From assembly GCA_031411295.1 (NCBI GenBank), contig JANOAV010000051.1:32001-96000 (forward strand): a DNA stretch of 64,000 nt, given 5' to 3'. Shown in pieces: positions 9,163 through 16,872 of the stretch; positions within the stretch are counted from its first letter, which is position 1; every line of letters begins with the position of its first letter. The translations under genes were made by a program, and so were the position numbers. The notes beneath the pieces were generated by a model that was not told the DNA's origin, searched no databases, and saw only the letters and a list, made by a program, of their open reading frames with translations. Source of the DNA: Verrucomicrobiales bacterium (lineage in GTDB: Bacteria > Verrucomicrobiota > Verrucomicrobiia > Verrucomicrobiales > V1-33).

Positions 9163-10389
9163 TCACTTCAAGAGACGCCTTGCTTCATCCATCATCGGAT
9201 GATCGAAGGCGGACGCATAGGCATCGAGGGTAGATGCGTTGAGGCGGAGTTGGCGGCCAGTTTTGCGCCAGTTGGTGACGGTGGTGAGGACTTCGTGCAG
9301 GATGGTTTTGGCGGCTGTGGTCTTAAGACCAAAGCGTGGAGCGGCGGACAGGGCGGCTTCGATACTTGGCTCTTCTTGGTCTTCAGTGATGGGTGTCTTG
9401 GGCGTTTGGGTGCGGTCGATCTCGGGCACGGGATTGACGTCGTAGGCTGGAGAAAGAGACCAGCGGCCAGAATTGAGCATGAGGAATCCGTGGTTGCGGA
9501 GGTGGTCGTCGTAGTTGCTGGCAAGCAGTGAGAAGACAAGGCGGCGCCACAGTTCGCGGAGATCGTTGGTGGTGTTGTCGCCCAGTTGGCGGATACCATC
9601 GGCGAGCATGGTGTAGGCACCGGATTGGCCTGGCGCGAGACCGAGCAGGCTGTGCGCGGAAATGAATGGGATTCGTCGTGGGCCATCACGGTCGAATCGA
9701 GTGATGACTGAAACGCTCTTGCCTTTCACGTTCACAAGCTGGTGACCCGAGACATGGATGCCTGCTTTCTTGGCAAGGGTGAGGGCAAGGATTTCGCCAG
9801 CGGCGATGTCGCGCAGGTCGTCGGGTTTGGAAAACTTGGCGATGGCGAGCTGGCCATTGGATAGCGCGACGGCGGACTTGGGGCGTGCGCCTCCGAGCGG
9901 TGATCCCTGGCCGAGCAGAAAGCGAAGGTCTTGCGCGGTCTCGGTCTCCCCGTGGACGGCGTTGGCGGCGTTCAAGAGGGCCGAGAGCTGCACGATTGGA
10001 GGGATCTTTCCGCTGCTGGCGGCTTGAAAGGGGCCATTGTCATCCGCCCGAAAGCGTAGCGCGCCGATGCGGGAACCGTCATCCAGCGCAAGCACATAGT
10101 CGAGGTCTTGATACGGTTTGCGTTCGATCACCTGCTTGCGCACCGCGCGCTCGATCAACATCCGCCCCCAGCGGTCCGGGCCGCAATCCTGCATCGCACC
10201 GAAGAGCGTGGCGCTATGGTGGGCTCCGGCGCGCAGCGGTAGCGACGTGGGATCGATGGAGAAAGCTCCAGGCCGCCGAAGCCAGTCAGTCGTGTATTCA
10301 AACGACACCGCACTGCTGCGATCCGCCGTGTGGAGACGTCCGACATGATGCGTTTCACCTTCCCACTCGATGTGAACTTCGACACTCAT
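9163..10389 (-). CDS. hipA: HipA-family kinase toxin
   Basis: PDRWGR, SPLGGARPK, VITRFDR, NYDDHLRNHGF, LSPAYDVNP. Confidence 0.92.
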   Translation of the reverse strand: MSVEVHIEWEGETHHVGRLHTADRSSAVSFEYTTDWLRRPGAFSIDPTSLPLRAGAHHSATLFGAMQDCGPDRWGRMLIERAVRKQVIERKPYQDLDYVLALDDGSRIGALRFRADDNGPFQAASSGKIPPIVQLSALLNAANAVHGETETAQDLRFLLGQGSPLGGARPKSAVALSNGQLAIAKFSKPDDLRDIAAGEILALTLAKKAGIHVSGHQLVNVKGKSVSVITRFDRDGPRRIPFISAHSLLGLAPGQSGAYTMLADGIRQLGDNTTNDLRELWRRLVFSLLASNYDDHLRNHGFLMLNSGRWSLSPAYDVNPVPEIDRTQTPKTPITEDQEEPSIEAALSAAPRFGLKTTAAKTILHEVLTTVTNWRKTGRQLRLNASTLDAYASAFDHPMMDEARRLLK

Positions 10390-10700
10390 GATCGTGTGCG
10401 GCGGATGCGTTTGGGCAAACGCCCTTCATCAAGGCTGAGCGCGAGGGCATCGGTTGCAGGCGCAGCGAGATCCGCGAGACGGTCATGCAACTGAAGCACA
10501 AATGTCGCAGTCGCGAGCGTGCCAAGGGCTACAGTGGGATCCCCACGCTCCAAGCGCCAAAGTGTGTCGCGGCTGATGAACAGACGCTCGGCCATGTCAG
10601 CAGTGGCGATGCCGCGCTTCCGACGCGCAAGCGCGAGGTCGCGCCCCAGTTTGCGAAGTGCGTGGGCGGCGGGAAGGGGAAGCGATGGTGGCTTTGGCAT
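10386..10700 (-). CDS. XRE-family HTH antitoxin (HipB-like)
   Basis: LRKLGRDLALARRKRG...MAERLFISRDTLWRLERGDP; ATGA overlap with hipA; ATG at 10700 fits the promoter. Confidence 0.88.
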   Translation of the reverse strand: MPKPPSLPLPAAHALRKLGRDLALARRKRGIATADMAERLFISRDTLWRLERGDPTVALGTLATATFVLQLHDRLADLAAPATDALALSLDEGRLPKRIRRTRS

Positions 10701-10707
10701 GTCTGTT

Positions 10708-10758
10708 ATTGTCCGGTATAGACGACATTGTGTCAAGCAGTGTCTGTTTTAGACGACA
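10708..10758 (-). promoter_or_regulatory. Leaderless promoter with two TGTC-N10-GACA operators
   Basis: Minus strand TTGACA (10736-10731), 17 nt, GACAAT (10713-10708), 7 nt, ATG. Operators TGTCcggtatagacGACA (10710-10727) and TGTCtgttttagacGACA (10741-10758) flank the -35. Confidence 0.75.
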
Positions 10759-10947
10759 CTCTCGATCACCACTTCCCCCCCAGCTTCGCAAACTTCTCGG
10801 GCAGGTTGAAAAAGTCCTTCCCCGTCACGGAAAAAGCCGTGCGTTCAATGGCGTGCCGCGCACGCGTTGGCGGTAAGCGGAGATCAGGTCCTACTGACCG
10901 ATCTGCTCTGGGGTTGGCTCTCCGTTGGTTGCCAGGATTTGCAGGGA

Positions 10948-10989
10948 TCGGGGATGCGGGCGACATCGACTTGGCTACGGTAGTAGTGG
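10948..10989 (-). repeat. Degenerate duplicate of a 3'-proximal ygiQ segment
   Basis: tcggggatgcgggcgacatcgacttggctacggtagtagtgg aligns with ygiQ from 11655 at about 36/42 nt by eye, including an 18-nt exact block. Confidence 0.7.
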
Positions 10990-10994
10990 GCTAC

Positions 10995-11174
10995 TCACTG
11001 TCTTTTGGAACGAACAGGATTCACGGGCTTGGGAGCGGGCGTGATTCGCAGGCCATTCAAATCCCGCCGCATTTCTTCGAGCATACGCAGTTTTTCCCCC
11101 ACGGGCAAAGCGGCTAGGGCTTTGCGGCGGGCTTGTTTACGAGCTAGGAATTGCTGCATGGGTTCGGTCGTCAT
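10995..11174 (-). CDS. Small basic protein, probable partner of the upstream nucleotidyltransferase-like gene
   Basis: MTTEPMQQFLARKQARRKALAALPVGEKLRMLEEM; ATGA overlap with the upstream pseudogene stop. Confidence 0.6.
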   Translation of the reverse strand: MTTEPMQQFLARKQARRKALAALPVGEKLRMLEEMRRDLNGLRITPAPKPVNPVRSKRQ

Positions 11175-11401
11175 GACGGGTATGTTTGCTGGAATTTCGC
11201 CCATTTGTCCATCAAATCATGGCGGAGCAGAATCCGCTCGAAAGTGGTCGCTTCGAGGACGCCTGCTTCCACGAAGCGGGATACTCGGTCGTGGTCCATT
11301 GGTTCCAGCCAAAAGATGGCTCCGATGGCTCAGTCGATGGCATAGCGCCCGATGACCCCATCCGATTCCATTTGCTTGATGATTGAAAAGATTTTTTCCA
11401 T
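11171..11401 (-). pseudogene. Internally deleted nucleotidyltransferase-like gene with a nonsense codon
   Basis: Reads MEKIFSIIKQMESDGVIGRYAID*AIGAIFWLEPM-DHDRVSRFVEAGVLEATTFERILLRHDLMDKWAKFQQTYPS*. YAID*A resembles the YAIGGA NTase motif, and the middle containing the DxD motif is absent. Not in the ORF track. Confidence 0.6.
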
Positions 11402-11413
11402 GGCTTTTATCGA

Positions 11414-13414
11414 TCACTTTCCGTCCTTCTTTTTCCTGAAGAACTCTTTCGCAGGAGGTTGTTCTTTTGTGATCGGCATCTGTTTGCCCACGGGCGTGAT
11501 GTGCGGGGGCGGGGTGACGTCGGTGGTTTTTTGGCGTTCGTCTAGCAGACGGGTGGCGATGTGTTTTAGGCCGAGTTTAGTGAGGGTGGCTCGGAGCGCG
11601 GTGCGCATTTCGGGCTTATACCAGAAGAAGAAACTGCGTTGGGTTTGCTTTTCCTCGGGGGTGCGGGCGACATCGACTTTGCTGCCGTCGTAGGGGTGGG
11701 TGCCGGTGGCGTAGATCTCGGTGGCTACGGTCATGGGTGTGGGGGTGAAGTCTTGGACTTGTTCCAGGCGGAAGCCCAGATCCTTTGTTTTCAGCGCGAG
11801 TTCGGCCATGTCTTCGGGGCGGGAACCGGGGTGGCTGCTGATGAAGTAGGGGATGACGGGAGTGTTAGGCTTCCCGGCTTTTTTGGAGGCGGCATCGAAC
11901 TTTTCTTTGAACTTGTAGAAGAGGTTGAAGGTGGGTTTGCGCATGACTTTGAGCACGTGGTCGCTGGTGTGCTCGGGAGCGACTTTGATGCGGCCGGGGA
12001 CGTGATGGGCGGCCAGTTCGTCGATGTATTTCTCGTGGCTGGCTTTGACTTCGGGCGTGGTGCCTTTGTCGTGGAGGAAGAGATCGTAGCGGATGCCGCT
12101 GGCGACGAAGGCGTGTTTGACGCCATCGGTTTTGCGGACGGCTTCGTAAATGTCCAGCAGCGGGGAGTGGTCGGTGTTGAGATTGCGACAAACATCGGGC
12201 CAGATGCACGACGGGCGGATGCATTCATCGCAGATCCACTGCTGTTTGCCCTTCATTTGATACATGTTAGCCGAGGGCCCGCCGAGATCGCTGATGGTGC
12301 CTTTGAAGTCTGGCATTTTTTTGATGGATTCCACTTCCTTGAGGATGGATTCCTTGGATCGGCTGGCGACGAATTTTCCCTGATGCGCCGAAATGGTGCA
12401 GAAGCTGCAACCACCGAAACAGCCTCGGTGCATGTTGATCGAGTGCTTGATCATTTCGTAAGCGGGGATGGGGCCTCGTTTGCGATACTTCGGGTGCGGC
12501 AGCCGCGTGTAGGGCAGCTCGAAGGAGGCATCGATCTGATTTTCCGTCATGACAGGAAATGGCGGGTTCACCACCAGCAGTTGTTCTCCGGTTTGCTGGA
12601 TGAGGCGTCGGGCGTTGACGCGGTTGGATTCCGTTTCGATGTGTTTGAAATTTTTCGAATAGTGCTCACGGTTCACCAGACATTCGTCGTGCGAGTGCAG
12701 CACGAAGTCTTCCCAGTTCTTGTTTTTTGCAGGCACCTGGCCGGGAGGAAGCAGCAGAGCGGTCTGCGGAACGGCTGCGAGGGAGGAAAAGGGCACGCCA
12801 CGTTTTAGCAGGCGGACGCATTCTTTCAGCGGCAATTCTCCCATGCCGTAGATGAGCAGGTCCGCCCGGCTATCGGCTAGGATGGAGGGCATGAGTTTAT
12901 TGGACCAGTAATCGAAATGCGTGACGCGACGCAGGCTGGCTTCGATGCCGCCGATCATGACGGGCGTGTCAGGGAAGAGGTCCTTGAGGATGTTGGAATA
13001 AACGGTGGTCGCATAATCCGGACGGAAACCATGCTGTCCACCAGGCGTGTAAGCATCCTCGCTGCGGAGTTTCTTGGCGGCGGTGTAGTGATTCACCATG
13101 GAGTCCATGCAGCCGGAAGTGACTCCGAAGAACATCTTGGGCGCACCGAGTTTCTTGAAGTCCCGCAGATCATCCCGCCAGTTAGGCTGGGCAATGATAG
13201 CCACGCGCAGGCCCTCTGCTTCCAACATGCGGCCAATCACCGCCGTGCCGAAAGCCGGGTGATCGACATAGGCATCACCAGAAACGATAATGACGTCCAA
13301 CTCATCCCAACCACGGGCCAGCACCTCATCGCGAGTGGTCGGCAGCCAGCGGGCCGGATTCCAAGTGGGATCGCGGAAGGCAGGCAGGATGGTGTTGTCG
13401 TTTGCAGGGGTCAT
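11414..13414 (-). CDS. ygiQ: YgiQ-family radical SAM protein
   Basis: SGDAYVDHP, GCMDSMVNHYT, RGCFGGCSFC, DLGGPSANMY, EQVQDFTPTPMT; start codon uncertain. Confidence 0.93.
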   Translation of the reverse strand: MTPANDNTILPAFRDPTWNPARWLPTTRDEVLARGWDELDVIIVSGDAYVDHPAFGTAVIGRMLEAEGLRVAIIAQPNWRDDLRDFKKLGAPKMFFGVTSGCMDSMVNHYTAAKKLRSEDAYTPGGQHGFRPDYATTVYSNILKDLFPDTPVMIGGIEASLRRVTHFDYWSNKLMPSILADSRADLLIYGMGELPLKECVRLLKRGVPFSSLAAVPQTALLLPPGQVPAKNKNWEDFVLHSHDECLVNREHYSKNFKHIETESNRVNARRLIQQTGEQLLVVNPPFPVMTENQIDASFELPYTRLPHPKYRKRGPIPAYEMIKHSINMHRGCFGGCSFCTISAHQGKFVASRSKESILKEVESIKKMPDFKGTISDLGGPSANMYQMKGKQQWICDECIRPSCIWPDVCRNLNTDHSPLLDIYEAVRKTDGVKHAFVASGIRYDLFLHDKGTTPEVKASHEKYIDELAAHHVPGRIKVAPEHTSDHVLKVMRKPTFNLFYKFKEKFDAASKKAGKPNTPVIPYFISSHPGSRPEDMAELALKTKDLGFRLEQVQDFTPTPMTVATEIYATGTHPYDGSKVDVARTPEEKQTQRSFFFWYKPEMRTALRATLTKLGLKHIATRLLDERQKTTDVTPPPHITPVGKQMPITKEQPPAKEFFRKKKDGK

Positions 13415-13582
13415 GTTTAGGGATTCCGCTTTGGGGTGGGCGTGATCATGCGCTGTGCGGAGGTAAATCGCAACGAGCATTTATCTTGAGGGTCGGGCAG
13501 AATTTTGATGTCCCAGCTCGACCGCGCCAGGCTGTGCTTTTAGAAAGAATCCTCCGACGCTCCGGCAATTTACTGCTCCATC

Positions 13583-15040
13583 ATGAAATATACGCTCCTT
13601 CTCCTCTCCTTACTGTTGCTAACCCCAGTGCCCGCGGCTGAGAAACCTAACGTCCTCTTCATTGCGGTGGATGATCTCAATCACTGGGTTGGGCATCTGG
13701 GACGTAACAAGCAAACGAAGACCCCCAACATCGACCGCCTGGCCGCCATGGGGATCACCTTCACCAACGCCCAGTGCGCGGCCCCGGTCTGCAATCCTTC
13801 GCGCGCAGCCCTGCTCAGCGGCAAGCGGCCCGGCACGACGGGAATTTATGACAATGGCATTCCGTTCATGGGGGTCCTCAAGCCCGAGGAATCACTCGTC
13901 ATGCAGTTTAAAAATGGAGGCTATGACACCCTCGGCACGGGCAAACTTTGGCATGGTGGCCTCGGCTGGAAGTCGCAGTGGACGACGACTCAACCAGAGT
14001 CCGTCAAGAAAGGTAAAATCAGCGATCGCAGCATCGGCGGCATTTCTTTTGGGCCGATCGTGGAGGGTGGCGACGAAGCCGTCTCCGACACTAGCATTGC
14101 CGACTATGGCATCGCAGAACTCGGCAAGACGCACGACCAACCATTCTTCCTGACTCTCGGATTCCATAAGCCGCACATGCCTTGGAATGTCCCGCAGAAA
14201 TACTATGACATGCATCCGCTGGCGGACATCCAGCTGCCACCCACCAAGGAAGGGGATCTCTCCGATGTCCCTCCCGCAGGCATCAAAATGGCCAAATCCA
14301 CGGGCGATCACGCTGACGTCCTCGCTTCAGGTCGCTGGAAAGAAGCCGTCCAGGCCTATCTGGCTAGCATCTCCTATCTGGATGGGCAAATCGGCCGCGT
14401 GCTCGATGCTTACGAAAAGTCATCGCACAAGGCGAACACCATCATCGTCTTCTGGGGCGATCACGGTTGGCATCTCGGTGAGAAAGAACATTGGCGGAAA
14501 TTTACCCTCTGGGAAGAAGCGGCCCGCGCCCCCTTCATCTGGGTCGTCCCTGGCGTGACCAAGCCCGGCAGCGTTTGTCAAAGCCCGGTGGATTTCATGA
14601 GCGTCTATCCCACGCTCTGCGACCTCACCGCCTTGCCCAAACCCACTTGGCTTGAGGGCGACAACATCAAACCCTTGCTCACCGATCCCGCCGCCGCCTG
14701 GACCGGAGTTGGCATCACCACCTTCGGGCGAAACAACCATGCCGTCCGCACGGACCGCTGGCGTTACATCCGCTATGCTGACGGCGGAGAAGAACTCTAT
14801 GATCACAGCAATGACCAATACGAGTGGACAAACCTCGCCACCAAACCGGAGCACGCCGCCCTCAAAGCCGAACTCGCCAAACGCCTTCCCAGCATCAATC
14901 AGCCCGATGGCCCCAAAGGCAAGATGAGCGACAACGAAGGCGATCCCAGTGGCGAAACTCCCCCAGTGGAAGAGAAAAAGGGCAAGAACAAGAAAGGCAA
15001 GAACGCCAAAGCGGAGCAGACCGAAGCACCGAAACCATGA
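13583..15040 (+). CDS. Secreted sulfatase (Cys-type)
   Basis: Signal peptide, KPNVLFIAVDDL, CNPSR signature, GFHKPH, WGDHGW. Confidence 0.93.
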   Translation: MKYTLLLLSLLLLTPVPAAEKPNVLFIAVDDLNHWVGHLGRNKQTKTPNIDRLAAMGITFTNAQCAAPVCNPSRAALLSGKRPGTTGIYDNGIPFMGVLKPEESLVMQFKNGGYDTLGTGKLWHGGLGWKSQWTTTQPESVKKGKISDRSIGGISFGPIVEGGDEAVSDTSIADYGIAELGKTHDQPFFLTLGFHKPHMPWNVPQKYYDMHPLADIQLPPTKEGDLSDVPPAGIKMAKSTGDHADVLASGRWKEAVQAYLASISYLDGQIGRVLDAYEKSSHKANTIIVFWGDHGWHLGEKEHWRKFTLWEEAARAPFIWVVPGVTKPGSVCQSPVDFMSVYPTLCDLTALPKPTWLEGDNIKPLLTDPAAAWTGVGITTFGRNNHAVRTDRWRYIRYADGGEELYDHSNDQYEWTNLATKPEHAALKAELAKRLPSINQPDGPKGKMSDNEGDPSGETPPVEEKKGKNKKGKNAKAEQTEAPKP

Positions 15041-15091
15041 AGGAGCGCGAGGGCGCACTCCTTAGAGCGTGTTTGATAACTTGTTACAATT

Positions 15092-15215
15092 GTAGGGGGA
15101 GGCCCTCGCTCCCCTCATTGTAAAAGGAGCGCCTCCGCTGCGAGTCAAGTGGACGTGATTACTGGGGACGAGGGCGTCCCCGAAACGATGATTGAGAGCG
15201 GGGCGCTCCCACTAC
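15092..15215. repeat. GTAG-type REP-like inverted doublet
   Basis: gtagggggaggccctcgctcccctcat ... atgattgagagcggggcgctcccactac form imperfect inverted arms in the intergenic region. Confidence 0.6.
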
Positions 15216-15356
15216 GCAGTGGTGCCCGCTCGCTTTCCCGTGGCGTTCAGGAAAATTAACGGTAGCCTCCCGCTCGGCATCGTGCTTGATTTTAAACTGC
15301 GGTCCTCGTCGGGGGCTGTCACCACTTCCCTCTCTTTCCTAAATTGACTTATTCCT

Positions 15357-16619
15357 ATGGCTTCTAAAAAATCTGCTCCCAAGAAATCCGCCTCCAAGAG
15401 CAAACCCTGGGCTTCACCGATGCCCGATGACCAATTCGAGCGCATGCGCGCCATCCTCGCAGCGCCCAGCCCTATTGGGATGGAAGCCGCCATGTCCACT
15501 GGGGTCATTGAGCCCATGATGCGCTCGTTCATGCCGCAAGATTGGGCCATTCATCGTTTCAAAGGCCACGCTGGCTTGGTGCTCGATACCCATCCCGGTG
15601 ACACCACGCCGCCTAGCATTATGCTCGTCGGCCATGCCGATAAGATCCGCATGCAGGTCCGCAGCATCGCAGAAGATGGTAAAATTTACATCAACACCGA
15701 CTCCTTCCTGCCCAACGTGATTGTCGGCCATGAAGTGCTGCTATTCACGGAACAACCCGAAAAGCCCGGCCACTGGCGTCGCATCGAAGGTGGAACCATC
15801 GAAGCCATCGGAGCCATCCACTTCAGCGAACTCGCGCAGCGCTCGGGTGAAAAGGGGCTCTCGCCCGAATCAATTTACCTTGAGTTGCAAATGCATGGGG
15901 AAAAGCCCAAGAAGCGGTTGGAGAAATTGGGTATCAAGGCTGGTGACCCGATCATTCTGCACCGTCCCATCAAGCGCGGCTTCAGCCCTGACACCTACTA
16001 CGGGGCGTATTTGGACAACGGTCTGGGTTGCTTCATGGTGACGGAACTCGGGCGACTGCTGGCCAAGAGTCCGCTCAAAAATTTGCGCGTTCTGCTGGCC
16101 ATCGCCACCCATGAGGAAATCGGCCGCTTCGGGGCCGCCGCGCTGGCGGGTGATTTCAAGCCGGATGTGCTCATCGGCACGGATGTCGGCCACGATTACG
16201 AAGCCGCACCTAACCTGACGACCAAACGCATGAACCCCGAAGCCATGGGTAAAGGTTTCGCGCTTACGGTCGGCTCGATTGTTACCCCATATTTGAACCA
16301 GTTGATCATGGAGGCCTGCCAGCAGGCTGGCATTCCCGTGCAGACCGCAGTCGTCGGACGCGACACCGGCACCGATGCCATGGGAGCCGCTCTAGCCGGT
16401 TTCGACTGCGTGGCCACCAGCATTGGCTTCCCTATCCGCAACATGCACACCATCAGTGAGACCGGTCACACCAGCGATGTGCTGGGAGCCCTCCACGGAA
16501 TGTTCGCCAGCCTGCATTACCTGGATGGCATGAATAAAGGCAAGGGCGTGACCCGGGAAGATTTCAAGAAAAACCATCCCCGCCTGGACCGCACTACCAA
16601 GCTCGAGAGCGGGTGGTAA
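15357..16619 (+). CDS. M42-family metallo-aminopeptidase
   Basis: GHADKI, YLDNGLG, THEEIG, TDVGHD and RNMHT metal-ligand motifs. Confidence 0.85.
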   Translation: MASKKSAPKKSASKSKPWASPMPDDQFERMRAILAAPSPIGMEAAMSTGVIEPMMRSFMPQDWAIHRFKGHAGLVLDTHPGDTTPPSIMLVGHADKIRMQVRSIAEDGKIYINTDSFLPNVIVGHEVLLFTEQPEKPGHWRRIEGGTIEAIGAIHFSELAQRSGEKGLSPESIYLELQMHGEKPKKRLEKLGIKAGDPIILHRPIKRGFSPDTYYGAYLDNGLGCFMVTELGRLLAKSPLKNLRVLLAIATHEEIGRFGAAALAGDFKPDVLIGTDVGHDYEAAPNLTTKRMNPEAMGKGFALTVGSIVTPYLNQLIMEACQQAGIPVQTAVVGRDTGTDAMGAALAGFDCVATSIGFPIRNMHTISETGHTSDVLGALHGMFASLHYLDGMNKGKGVTREDFKKNHPRLDRTTKLESGW

Positions 16620-16872
16620 TTCCAAGTAGCGTTCAAGATGAGATCTTCTCAGATCCCTCCGGGATCACCTCAGATTGAACGCAACTTTGAATTGGTCCAC
16701 CTCATCGCATCTCCGCCAGGTCCAAAAGCCGCACTCGGTGGTGCTCATGCCACTGCTGAAGCGGATCCTTTGCAGGCGGTTCCTACTTGCTGGCAACATC
16801 TGCTGCCGACCCTCCCTATCCGCGAAAGCGCACCGGACTAGGGCTTGTCGGGACGAGGGAAATTTGATTCCA

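Noticed and set aside
15062..15082. IS-like terminal sequence ttagagcgtgtttgataact (similar hints at about 29213 and 40196-40322)
   Set aside because: No transposase and no convincing matching second end; too weak to call a mobile element.
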